Virus record (IMG/VR): IMGVR_UViG_3300032167_007646
Strand: one strand, 5' to 3'
Source of the DNA: a virus
Taxonomy: Duplodnaviria; Heunggongvirae; Uroviricota; Caudoviricetes
Length of the DNA: 39,695 bases
This document shows positions 18,781-27,908 of the stretch, in pieces. The position numbers were made by a program, and so were the translations under genes. The notes under the pieces are model-generated. The model worked only from the letters and a program-made list of their open reading frames with translations, searched no databases and was not told the DNA's origin. Position 1 is the first letter of the stretch. Every line of letters starts with the position of its first letter.

Positions 18781-19044
18781 TTAAATCTCCTTTAATCTAC
18801 AAACTGCACATTGTTCTGCACCCACAAAATCAGCACAATGTTCACTATCTGCATTTACACAAGCGTCATTGTCTGCTCTCCATTTACAACGAGTAGAGAA
18901 AAATTCTTCTACACAATCCATACAATCATAATAATCTCCATCCTCACCACAACGACACTCTTTTACTTTTTTACAAACTACTTCATCAATATCTGTAGAT
19001 GCTATATATCTAAGTAAACCATTTTTCAATTCTTTATTAGACAT
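18781..19044 (-). CDS. Cys-rich hypothetical protein
   Basis: 10 Cys in 87 aa. Confidence 0.7.
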   Translation of the reverse strand: MSNKELKNGLLRYIASTDIDEVVCKKVKECRCGEDGDYYDCMDCVEEFFSTRCKWRADNDACVNADSEHCADFVGAEQCAVCRLKEI

Positions 19045-19051
19045 AATACAC

Positions 19052-19420
19052 CTACTTTCTTAAAATATCTCTTATATCATCTTTTAACTTCTGCATCTCT
19101 TTACGAGATTCTTCATACAATCTCTTATAAACTTCTTTACCTGATTCATATAAAGGACATTTACCTGCCTCTGATAAATCTATAATTATAGCACCCTCTG
19201 TTATTTCCTGATGACTCATATCATCTGGTTCAGGTGGATGATTAATAACTCTTTCTGGATGAAAACAATTATGCTCATGTTCAAACATAAACCTATCATC
19301 ACCTTTTTCATAGTGATAACAATTTACACAACTTTTACAGGGGTCAAAAGTCATTTCAACACCTAATTTATCTGCTAAATCTAAAACAATTTTTCTTGCT
19401 TCTTCTTTATCCATACTCAC
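19052..19420 (-). CDS. Cys-containing hypothetical protein
   Basis: CKSCVNCYH...C...CPLY. Confidence 0.7.
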   Translation of the reverse strand: MSMDKEEARKIVLDLADKLGVEMTFDPCKSCVNCYHYEKGDDRFMFEHEHNCFHPERVINHPPEPDDMSHQEITEGAIIIDLSEAGKCPLYESGKEVYKRLYEESRKEMQKLKDDIRDILRK

Positions 19421-19425
19421 TTAAA

Positions 19426-19608
19426 CTACCTACTTTCAACAACTCCAAAATTTTTAGTTTTTATTTTATGCACATCTCTAAATCTTAATTTACAAGTGTC
19501 ATTCATTTTAGGTCTTGGATTTCTTTTCAATTTAACTGTTTCTCTTATAAACATAACTAAATAAATTAAAAGAAACAAACAAATTAAAGCAATCAAATAT
19601 AAAAACAT
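19426..19608 (-). CDS. small single-TM protein
   Basis: hydrophobic N-terminus followed by basic tail; GGGAG RBS. Confidence 0.55.
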   Translation of the reverse strand: MFLYLIALICLFLLIYLVMFIRETVKLKRNPRPKMNDTCKLRFRDVHKIKTKNFGVVESR

Positions 19609-19610
19609 AA

Positions 19611-20060
19611 TTAACACAACTCCCTAAAACAAAATGTTTCACCACAAGAGCATACAACCTCACCTATTTCACCTATACTTGTAGGTACAAACCTATATGA
19701 ATACCTACCACCTATTGCACCTGCATAATGGTCTCCACCATGCTTTTCTTTTATATGATTATCCATCCATTTCTTTATTTCTTCTAACTCTTCCTCAGTT
19801 ACCACAAAAGATAAGCCTTTTAACTTACTCTTTTTCATTTCAGAAATCTCATCTTTTAATTTCTGAATTTCTTCATCTTTATTCCATTCAGCAACTTTAT
19901 CAAGTGCGTCTTGTCTATCTTTTTCACACATTTCTACATATCTTTTTATATCATTAAAACACTCATCTACATTTGGTCTTATAAAAGACTTTAATATTTC
20001 AGAAACATCACTTTCTGCTGTTTTCATAGCAATAGAAGTAAAATCTTTTTCTTTATTCAT
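19611..20060 (-). CDS. hypothetical protein (coiled coil plus GAIGG..Y.F.PTSIG domain)
   Basis: GGAG RBS; first gene after the promoter. Confidence 0.75.
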   Translation of the reverse strand: MNKEKDFTSIAMKTAESDVSEILKSFIRPNVDECFNDIKRYVEMCEKDRQDALDKVAEWNKDEEIQKLKDEISEMKKSKLKGLSFVVTEEELEEIKKWMDNHIKEKHGGDHYAGAIGGRYSYRFVPTSIGEIGEVVCSCGETFCFRELC

Positions 20061-20096
20061 AAATAACACTCCAAACTAATATAATTTACTAAATAT

Positions 20097-20125
20097 ATCA
20101 TACCATATTTTTAACTACTTGTCAA
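20097..20125 (-). promoter_or_regulatory. sigma-A promoter
   Basis: TTGACA-17bp-TATGAT with TG. Confidence 0.75.
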
Positions 20126-20152
20126 TATATAAACAAAAATTACTTTAAAATA

Positions 20153-20204
20153 AAAAGCAACCTCATGAGGTTGCTTTTATCAATTGCAACCTCATAAGGT
20201 TGCA
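20153..20204. repeat. tandem duplicated palindrome (double terminator or operator pair)
   Basis: GCAACCTCATGAGGTTGC (20157..20174, perfect) and GCAACCTCATAAGGTTGC (20186..20203). Confidence 0.8.
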
Positions 20205-20217
20205 TTTTTTATTATAT

Positions 20218-20973
20218 TTAAGATACAATCTTTGCATAAGAATTAGTTGTTACTGCACCATCATAAAAACCTAATTTATCAGGTAAATCTGGAGTTACTG
20301 TTAATATATATCTACTAGCAAATCGATTTGGACCATTTAACATAGCCTCTTCTACATATGCTTCATCACAAAGTTTTGTAATTCCATAAGCCATATCATT
20401 TAAGGACATTGATGGTGTTACATTTAAAGTTAAACCAGAATAAGCATAAATATTACCTGGTAGTGTTTGATTTGGTGCCATCCAAGTAAACTCTACAGAA
20501 AATACAATACAATCACCTGTATATTCCATAACTTCAACTTCATACATAATTCCATTATCAGACCACTCTGGGTCCTTTGCTTTCTTCTTTCCTACAATAG
20601 AAAATTTATTCCAATGTCCTCTATTCTGACGACTCTTCAAAAAAGTTTTTATAGGATTATCTTTATATCCACCATTTGATAATGGAACAGCAGAAGGATG
20701 AGGATTATCATTAGTATGTCCAACTGTTTTATTTTGACTTACACCATTTGATTTTGGTAATCCTACACCTACATATATACCATCTATATAACTATCTATA
20801 TTACTTAAACTACCTGCCTTAAATAGCCTACCATTACAAAATACACCATATTCTACAACACCAGGATTATCAGTATTTCTCTTATCTAATTTGAATGTAG
20901 AGCCTATTTGTGAATTTAAGTAATTTAATTTTTCTTCCACAGTCTGTGCTGTCAATTTAAAACCATTACCCAT
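20218..20973 (-). CDS. hypothetical protein (two domains with low-complexity linker)
   Basis: 251 aa ORF, AGGGG RBS. Confidence 0.75.
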   Translation of the reverse strand: MGNGFKLTAQTVEEKLNYLNSQIGSTFKLDKRNTDNPGVVEYGVFCNGRLFKAGSLSNIDSYIDGIYVGVGLPKSNGVSQNKTVGHTNDNPHPSAVPLSNGGYKDNPIKTFLKSRQNRGHWNKFSIVGKKKAKDPEWSDNGIMYEVEVMEYTGDCIVFSVEFTWMAPNQTLPGNIYAYSGLTLNVTPSMSLNDMAYGITKLCDEAYVEEAMLNGPNRFASRYILTVTPDLPDKLGFYDGAVTTNSYAKIVS

Positions 20974-20989
20974 CTATATCAACCCCTAT

Positions 20990-21994
20990 TTAATCTAAAT
21001 ATTTTTTCTTTAATGCAAGTAAACCTAACTCCTTTGCAGAAAGTTCCGCCATTTGTTCTCTTATTTCTTTTAATTTATCTGACCTTAAACTCTTTATACC
21101 TAACTTATCAAAATTTTCTTCTAATTTTTTAGCATTAAATTTCTTTATATATTCTCCTACTTCTTCCTGTTTTGCTAATAATACAGGAACACCCTCTAAT
21201 AACTTTTGAACACCTTTTGAATAATCATGATATGTTTTACAATTAAATTTTAAGCCTCCTACCTTCCAATCATATTTCTTACATATTTCTTGTAAAATAC
21301 CAGCTATACTATATTGTGTTCCACCATCATATGTATCAGTTATTGAAGTGGTTGAAAAAATATGATACTTAATACGCAAAGGAAACTTTTTAGAAGTATA
21401 AACCTTAAAACCACGCTTTGAATAATTATTAGGATATATACTATTATTAAAACTTTCCATTAAATATTTACCACCATCTAAATTTAACCAACTTTCCTTA
21501 ATATATAACCACTTTTCATCTAAAAATATATCATGCTCTTTTGCTGCATTTTCTATTTCTATACTATTACTACGATAACCCTCTGGATTTATTCTATGTA
21601 AAGGTTCATCCAATAATAATTTAATCCTATTGTCTTTTATTTCTAAACTTTCATGAATATTAGTAATACCATTACTCTTTATCATACAAATACCATAAAG
21701 TTTTAAATTTGACAAAGTAAAATTACCATTTCCATCTGTTGATAATGTCATAGATATTTTTTTATCTACATCTACTTCTTTATTACCTTTTGTTTTATCT
21801 ACTAAATAAAGAACACCATTTTTATCTATACTTGCATTGATAATTTGGTCTTTATAATCTTCTATCCACGCTTTATTTACTTCAGCTATTTGACCTATTT
21901 TATTCTCTGCAAAATATATAAAATAATTTCCCTCTCTCTTTTTCTTAAAAACAGTATTACCACTTGCATTTTTTTCTGTTAATAACTTAAACAT
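20990..21994 (-). CDS. hypothetical protein
   Basis: 334 aa ORF, AAGGGGTG RBS. Confidence 0.75.
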   Translation of the reverse strand: MFKLLTEKNASGNTVFKKKREGNYFIYFAENKIGQIAEVNKAWIEDYKDQIINASIDKNGVLYLVDKTKGNKEVDVDKKISMTLSTDGNGNFTLSNLKLYGICMIKSNGITNIHESLEIKDNRIKLLLDEPLHRINPEGYRSNSIEIENAAKEHDIFLDEKWLYIKESWLNLDGGKYLMESFNNSIYPNNYSKRGFKVYTSKKFPLRIKYHIFSTTSITDTYDGGTQYSIAGILQEICKKYDWKVGGLKFNCKTYHDYSKGVQKLLEGVPVLLAKQEEVGEYIKKFNAKKLEENFDKLGIKSLRSDKLKEIREQMAELSAKELGLLALKKKYLD

Positions 21995-22006
21995 TTAAAT
22001 CACCCC

Positions 22007-22342
22007 TTACTCATCTTTTATTACAATACAAACAAAATTCTTTTCACCTATATCATTTGGCATAACCAAATGTTTTGTTGTTCTTTTTGTTGTATCTATT
22101 AAAGTTAAAGATATTTTCAAATATCCCATCATACACCATTTTACCTCACCAAAATTAGAAGCCCAAACTCTTACCCTATCCTGAGCACCTGTTCTATAAT
22201 CCATTATTCTACAATCATAAACATGCCTACCATTATATTTATCACCTAATGTATGAGAATAAGGTGGAAACTTAAACTCTGTTCTATTTGGTTTAATATT
22301 ATTATTTATTTTTATATCATAATCACCTTTAAGATTCTTCAT
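22007..22342 (-). CDS. hypothetical protein
   Basis: GAGGTG RBS. Confidence 0.7.
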   Translation of the reverse strand: MKNLKGDYDIKINNNIKPNRTEFKFPPYSHTLGDKYNGRHVYDCRIMDYRTGAQDRVRVWASNFGEVKWCMMGYLKISLTLIDTTKRTTKHLVMPNDIGEKNFVCIVIKDE

Positions 22343-22354
22343 ATTATCACCTCA

Positions 22355-22681
22355 TTAGAATAATTTAGTATACATACCTGTTACCTGAGTAAACAATTCT
22401 TGTAACATATCAAAATAGACACCTTCAAACTTTTCTACTTCTACTACTTTTTCATCTATATACTTAAAAGTTTTTTTATCTAAACGAGGTGCTGTATATT
22501 TATAAAATCTCATATTATATAAATCATTTACTAAAGTTATCTCTAATCTATTTGCCTTTGACATATTTTTAGGAATAGTCATTCTCAACATATTTTTATC
22601 TCCTACAAAATTTCTACAACCTGTCATAGCAATAAATTTTTGACCACCTAATTGTTCTAAAATAATCTTAGGTACTGACAT
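22355..22681 (-). CDS. conserved phage/plasmid-type hypothetical protein
   Basis: ILEQLGG.KFIAMTG...DLY.M.F...GVY.DML..LF...TG pattern recalled from mobile elements; AAGGAG RBS. Confidence 0.75.
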   Translation of the reverse strand: MSVPKIILEQLGGQKFIAMTGCRNFVGDKNMLRMTIPKNMSKANRLEITLVNDLYNMRFYKYTAPRLDKKTFKYIDEKVVEVEKFEGVYFDMLQELFTQVTGMYTKLF

Positions 22682-22696
22682 TATAATCACTCCTTA

Positions 22697-23281
22697 TTAA
22701 GTGTGATATTCTACTTTTACAAGCCACAATATCTCACATTTCTTTCCAGCTTTTTCTGATAACCTTAATTCCTCTTCTCTTATAGCTTTTCCTAATTCTT
22801 TTTCTAAATTTCTTAATCTTGCTATATTCTTTAATACTGTATCTGAACGCATATCTTCATGACATAAAGGACACTTATTAGACTTAAGATAATCTTTATT
22901 CAATTTAGAACCACACTTTTTACAACCTAAATACTGTGATTTAAAATCTTTACAAAACAAAGTATTTTCTATTTCTCTTAATTGATTTACTGTTTCTTTA
23001 TATCTTCTTTCTAAATCCTCATGTTTCTTTGTCTTCTTTATCTTTGCTGTATTCTTAAATTTAACTGCTAAACTATCATACCAACCCTTATCATGACTTT
23101 CAATATATTGCATTGCACTATTATAATCCGCACAAACAAAATCTAACCAACGAATAGGACTATCCAAACCTGAACAACCCTCTTGCCAATCCTCATGTGC
23201 TGCATAATTATCCCAATATGCCTGAACTTGTTTCTTATTTACATTTTCAGGATATGTATTATGATGAATATTATGACTCAT
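22697..23281 (-). CDS. zinc-ribbon-containing hypothetical protein
   Basis: GCKKCGS...CPLC; AAGGAG RBS. Confidence 0.75.
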   Translation of the reverse strand: MSHNIHHNTYPENVNKKQVQAYWDNYAAHEDWQEGCSGLDSPIRWLDFVCADYNSAMQYIESHDKGWYDSLAVKFKNTAKIKKTKKHEDLERRYKETVNQLREIENTLFCKDFKSQYLGCKKCGSKLNKDYLKSNKCPLCHEDMRSDTVLKNIARLRNLEKELGKAIREEELRLSEKAGKKCEILWLVKVEYHT

Positions 23282-23299
23282 ATAAATCACTCCTTCTGA

Positions 23300-24274
23300 T
23301 TAATCTAATTTATAAATTCTTCTAAAAATAAATTCTAAAACAGGAACAACTATTGAATTACCTGCTTGTTTATATAATTGTGTTTCAGAGGTGCCTAAAT
23401 CCATACACTTTTTACAATCTTCCTCATTAAAACCCATCATCTTAAAGGCCTCAATAGGTGTTAATTTTCTATATTTTCCTTCTATTTCTATATATCCAAG
23501 AGCATACCCATGATTACAAGCACACAATGTTGGAAATAACCCTTCTATTGAAAAAACTTTACCTGCTTGACTACCTTTACTTGAAGATTGCCCTACACAA
23601 ATTATTTCTTTATTATTGTACTCTCTTTCTTTATACACATTACGCAACATCCACATATGCTCTCCTATTTTTTCAGGACTTTCTAAAATATCTTTTATTT
23701 TTACATAGTCATCAAAAGATACAAATTCAAAATTATTACTAAAATCAAAGTCTATTTCTTTATCTAATACAGATACACAAAACAACCTTTCTCTGCTCTG
23801 TGGTACACCAAAATACTTTGAATTTAATACAGTATATATATGATTATAACCCAATTCTGATAGGTCTTCCATATACTTTTCAAAATTATGTATATGCTTT
23901 TTACTTAAAACATTTGGCACATTTTCCCAAACTACAACTTTTGGTAATCTCCTCCTAATTATATCAACACTATACCACATTAAACTTGAACGAGTACCAC
24001 TATCCCTATCTCCACCTAAATTCTTTCCTGCTAAACTATAATCAGTACAAGGACTACCATGTACTAATAAATCAATATCTTTTGGTAAAGTATTTATATC
24101 TATTTTACTAATATCACCAAAATTTAATTCTTTTGATATGTTATGTATAGTACAATAACTATCAATAGCATATTTATCTATCTCTGAAAAACCTACTAAT
24201 TCAAAATCAATACCAATATTTTCTAATGCTTTTTCAAAAGCACCTATTCCTGAAAATAAACTAAAAACTCTCAT
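23300..24274 (-). CDS. DNA (cytosine-5) methyltransferase
   Basis: SLFSGIGA (I), GSPC (IV), ENV (VI), PQSRER (VIII), RKLTP.E (IX), YKQAGNS (X). Confidence 0.95.
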   Translation of the reverse strand: MRVFSLFSGIGAFEKALENIGIDFELVGFSEIDKYAIDSYCTIHNISKELNFGDISKIDINTLPKDIDLLVHGSPCTDYSLAGKNLGGDRDSGTRSSLMWYSVDIIRRRLPKVVVWENVPNVLSKKHIHNFEKYMEDLSELGYNHIYTVLNSKYFGVPQSRERLFCVSVLDKEIDFDFSNNFEFVSFDDYVKIKDILESPEKIGEHMWMLRNVYKEREYNNKEIICVGQSSSKGSQAGKVFSIEGLFPTLCACNHGYALGYIEIEGKYRKLTPIEAFKMMGFNEEDCKKCMDLGTSETQLYKQAGNSIVVPVLEFIFRRIYKLD

Positions 24275-24294
24275 CTAAAAACCCCTAACTTTTA

Positions 24295-24729
24295 TTATTT
24301 CCATCTACCCTCATTAAACCAATCTACTAATTCTTTATATGTACGACACTTAAACAAAGGTTCCTTAAAATTATTATCTCTACCAAAAACTGCATAAGAA
24401 GCACCATATACTTTTCTTGTAAATTCTGAAGGCATATGCACAGTATAAATTACATCCCCTGTCGCCAAATCTGCAAATCTAAAATCATCATAAGTAGGAT
24501 AATTTACAGGACAATTATTTTTAAACCATACATACATTGTCTGCCAATTAACTTTATTATCACTTATTTCCATTATTATTTTTGCCATTTTTTGCAATTT
24601 AGGTTGTAAATATCTATCTTCACAAAACCAATCATACCATCCTGCATCTATCATTGTTTTTCTATCCGAAGAATTATATTTACCCATCATATAATTCCAA
24701 CGCCATTGATGAAAAGGAATATTATTCAT
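24295..24729 (-). CDS. hypothetical protein
   Basis: AGGAG RBS before ATG 24729; GWYDWFC...YVWFKNNCP...YDDFRF. Confidence 0.75.
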   Translation of the reverse strand: MNNIPFHQWRWNYMMGKYNSSDRKTMIDAGWYDWFCEDRYLQPKLQKMAKIIMEISDNKVNWQTMYVWFKNNCPVNYPTYDDFRFADLATGDVIYTVHMPSEFTRKVYGASYAVFGRDNNFKEPLFKCRTYKELVDWFNEGRWK

Positions 24730-24749
24730 ATCAATCACTCCTAACTTTA

Positions 24750-25358
24750 CTATTCTGCAGCCCAACCATAATACCTAAACTCATACATAGGCATTACATA
24801 AGTTTTTTCATCTGTTCTACGAGTTGTCGTCTTTACATCTTTATAATCTCCCCAACAAATATAAACTTTTTTCTTTGTTACTATATACACAGGTTTTGCA
24901 TAATTAGTATGACGCAACTGCAAATTAGCTGCTTTTTTCATTTCTTCAAGAGTACCACCATTTCTACCACTCATTTTCTGAAGTAATCCTGGTTTATAAC
25001 TTTCCTCCATAAGATATGCATTAAAAGGACTTCCTTTAAATAAATCTTTATAATGATTTGCAGAATACATAGTTTCTTCTTTACAAGTTGTTTTAATAAG
25101 TCTATAACCTTTTATACCTATTCTAACAATTTCACCATCTCTATTATACATTCTGTCCATTCTTTCTTCTATAAATTTATCTAATTGTTTCTTTGTTAAA
25201 TCTGATTTATCACCATAGTATTTAAAACAACAGGAATTTTCAGCACCAGAATACCCATCTCTATCACCATAATAATCCCTTGCTTCATCTTGAATTTTCT
25301 GAATACCTTGTCTCCAATCTCCACTTACAAAAGTTCCACCTACTGCTACTCCACCCAT
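24750..25358 (-). CDS. hypothetical protein (paralog of 25830..26447)
   Basis: AAGGAG RBS; GEIV...VKTTTR...PMYEFRYYGW. Confidence 0.75.
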   Translation of the reverse strand: MGGVAVGGTFVSGDWRQGIQKIQDEARDYYGDRDGYSGAENSCCFKYYGDKSDLTKKQLDKFIEERMDRMYNRDGEIVRIGIKGYRLIKTTCKEETMYSANHYKDLFKGSPFNAYLMEESYKPGLLQKMSGRNGGTLEEMKKAANLQLRHTNYAKPVYIVTKKKVYICWGDYKDVKTTTRRTDEKTYVMPMYEFRYYGWAAE

Positions 25359-25370
25359 AATTATCACTCC

Positions 25371-25817
25371 TTATTTTAAAAACTCACCCTTTGAAATTTT
25401 ACGCTCTTTTACACCTATTGCTGTATATTTGCCTGTGTTATCAATAGTTAATCCACCCATTTTATTCCCACAAATATAAATTACTTTTATATTTTCATTT
25501 AACACACTTATTTCTATCTCCTGAACTGACTTATTATTTACACCTGTATATACTAAAACAATAGGAAACTTACGTCTTTTATCTTCTTTTACATCTTTAA
25601 GTTGTAATATACCACAATCTGTTTTTAACACATTCATATAATTTACAAAATAAATCATCAATCCTAACCCTTGAATTTTATCATAAAATAATTGAATCTT
25701 ATCTTTATTCTTATCTAATTTTTCTCTTACTTTATTACGGCATTCACTACAAACTCCACCTGTCAATATATTATCCATTATTAACATATTATCTTTTCCA
25801 CAATACTTACAAGCCAT
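25371..25817 (-). CDS. hypothetical protein with N-terminal CxxC..CxxC
   Basis: ACKYCG...VCSEC; AAGGAG RBS. Confidence 0.7.
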   Translation of the reverse strand: MACKYCGKDNMLIMDNILTGGVCSECRNKVREKLDKNKDKIQLFYDKIQGLGLMIYFVNYMNVLKTDCGILQLKDVKEDKRRKFPIVLVYTGVNNKSVQEIEISVLNENIKVIYICGNKMGGLTIDNTGKYTAIGVKERKISKGEFLK

Positions 25818-25829
25818 TATAATCACTCC

Positions 25830-26447
25830 TTATTTATTATCTTCACCATATCCATAATATATAAATTTATATATAGGAACTATTCTTAATAAATCATTCT
25901 CATTACGAGTTGTTGTTTTTACTTCATCTATTTTTGGTCTTACTCTTAAAACTTTTCCTGTCTTTCTATCATAAAGCCAATAATATATCAAAGGATTATA
26001 ATGCTCCTGCCTCATCATATTCAATATTGTTGCTCTTGCATGATTTAAATCATTATATGGCAATAATTTTTTTAATTCATCAGTTTCTTTATCCTTACAA
26101 AAAAAGATATACCTATGTGTATCATTCCTTGACTGTGTTTCCATCATTCTTTTATATTTACAATCATCTTCTGCAACTTCTGGTGAGATTAAAAGATATT
26201 TCACAGGCTTTTCTAAACTGACTATTTCACCTACTGCACCACCAACATATCTTTTCAAATAAGACATTCTTGATGCAATATGATTTCTTAAATTTTTCTC
26301 ACTTTTTATACAACCTTGAAAACTAAAAGAAATAACAGAACAAATACCACAATTTGGTCCATGCTTTTTACATTGTTTATCTTTTTCCTCAAATAAACCT
26401 AATTGATAATCTGAAGAATAATACTCACCTTGTATTGACATTAACAT
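25830..26447 (-). CDS. hypothetical protein (paralog of 24750..25358)
   Basis: GAGGTG RBS; GEIV...VKTTTR...PIYKFIYYGY. Confidence 0.75.
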   Translation of the reverse strand: MLMSIQGEYYSSDYQLGLFEEKDKQCKKHGPNCGICSVISFSFQGCIKSEKNLRNHIASRMSYLKRYVGGAVGEIVSLEKPVKYLLISPEVAEDDCKYKRMMETQSRNDTHRYIFFCKDKETDELKKLLPYNDLNHARATILNMMRQEHYNPLIYYWLYDRKTGKVLRVRPKIDEVKTTTRNENDLLRIVPIYKFIYYGYGEDNK

Positions 26448-26460
26448 AATAAACACCTCT

Positions 26461-26796
26461 TTAATCTAATCTATATACACCATATTTTTGCATACTTAAA
26501 TCTATTTCTACTAAATCATTACTTAATTTCATTATTTGCTCTCTTATATTACGCTTTTTTAATAATAAATCACGAAGATTATTATATGCATCACGCATTT
26601 CTGGAGGGAGTTGAACCTGTTTATTTATAATATGCATAGGAACTGTTTGTTTTCCTATACTACAAAATCCAGGGCTGAGAGTTAACAAATCATATCTACC
26701 CATTTTTTCATCTACATTAACAACCATAGCAACAAATTCTTTATAATCAGTAATAAAATTACGAACGTCACCTACTTTTAATAAGCATCTACTCAT
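26461..26796 (-). CDS. hypothetical protein, 'L-x-[VI]GD-x-R' paralog family
   Basis: LKVGDVRNF N-terminus plus coiled-coil C-terminus; GAGGTG RBS. Confidence 0.75.
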   Translation of the reverse strand: MSRCLLKVGDVRNFITDYKEFVAMVVNVDEKMGRYDLLTLSPGFCSIGKQTVPMHIINKQVQLPPEMRDAYNNLRDLLLKKRNIREQIMKLSNDLVEIDLSMQKYGVYRLD

Positions 26797-26866
26797 TATA
26801 AACACCTCACTTTATTTATATTAAAATAAAGTTTTTTATCTATTTATATAGTTCTTTATGAACTTA

Positions 26867-26902
26867 TTTATGTCCAATAAACATATTAAACTATGTGTAA
26901 AA
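26867..26902 (-). promoter_or_regulatory. motif pair TTTTACACATA + TTGGACATAAA
   Basis: both 11-mers also occur in the 1326..1566 intergenic region (1400..1410 and 1541..1551). Confidence 0.45.
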
Positions 26903-26933
26903 CCACTATACTTTAACAATTTTATAAATAAAA

Positions 26934-26960
26934 GAGTTGTTGTATAAAATACAACAACTC
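26934..26960 (-). terminator. intrinsic terminator of EAL gene
   Basis: GAGTTGTTGTAT/ATACAACAACTC plus A-run. Confidence 0.8.
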
Positions 26961-27747
26961 AATTTAATATAAACTTATCTAAAAATTCATTATATTCAAT
27001 AGGTTTAGATAAATAATACCCTTGTACATAATCACAACCTATTTGTTTTACAAAATTATACATTTCCTCTGTCTCTATACCCTCTGCTACTGTTTTTATA
27101 TTTAATGATTTTGCCAAATCTACAATACTCTTAACTATTACAGAAGTTCTATCACTATTATCATTAAAAAAACTCTTATCTAATTTTAGAATATTTACAT
27201 CAATATCTTTTAATAAACACAATGAAGAAAAACCACAACCAAAATCATCTATTGATAGACTTAAACCTTTACTTCTAATATATTTAATTTCTTCAATTAA
27301 AAATCTTTCTTCTTTCTCACCTATTACACCTGATTCTGTTAATTCTATTTCAATACAGTCTTTTGGTAATTTACTTTCTTCTATTATTTTTAAAATTTCT
27401 TCTATTGTTTTCTTATCACTAAAACCTTGTCTAGAAATATTAAACGATAATCTAAAGTTTGGTTTAGATTTTCTTATTTCTTTTAATACCTCACAAACCT
27501 GCTTAACAACATAAATATCTAACTCCTTTATTAAACCTTCCTTCTCAAATAAAGGAATAAATTTATTGGGAGTTAAAAAACAATAATAAGGATGCATCCA
27601 TCTTATTAAAACTTCTGCACCTACTGGCTTATCTGTTTTTAAATCATATTTAACCTGATAATGAAAGAAAAATTCTTTATTCTGTATTGCACTTTCAAAA
27701 CTATCTAATAATTCATTATCATTTATACAACCTATTGCAATACCCAT
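26959..27747 (-). CDS. stand-alone EAL-domain c-di-GMP phosphodiesterase
   Basis: YQ, GAEVLIRW, P..FIP, SFNIS, IELTES, IDDFGCGFSSL, LKLDKSF, VAEGIE, VQGYY. Confidence 0.93.
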   Translation of the reverse strand: MGIAIGCINDNELLDSFESAIQNKEFFFHYQVKYDLKTDKPVGAEVLIRWMHPYYCFLTPNKFIPLFEKEGLIKELDIYVVKQVCEVLKEIRKSKPNFRLSFNISRQGFSDKKTIEEILKIIEESKLPKDCIEIELTESGVIGEKEERFLIEEIKYIRSKGLSLSIDDFGCGFSSLCLLKDIDVNILKLDKSFFNDNSDRTSVIVKSIVDLAKSLNIKTVAEGIETEEMYNFVKQIGCDYVQGYYLSKPIEYNEFLDKFILN

Positions 27748-27855
27748 ATTAACACCTCATTACTATTAATAATCAACTCCTTATTTTCATTTAACCACAT
27801 CTTAATATATTTATTTTTGTCTACTTAAATTTACAACTGTCCAATAAAACTAAAA

Positions 27856-27885
27856 AAGGTAGTGATACCTAAATATCACTACCTT
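27856..27885 (-). terminator. intrinsic terminator of DUF2828 gene
   Basis: AAGGTAGTGATA/TATCACTACCTT plus A-run. Confidence 0.85.
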
Positions 27886-27908
27886 ATATTGTTATTTTAT
27901 CACTGCTT

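Noticed and set aside
20153-20204. Possible mini-CRISPR array
   Set aside because: Only two 18-bp units with an 11-bp gap; no cas genes
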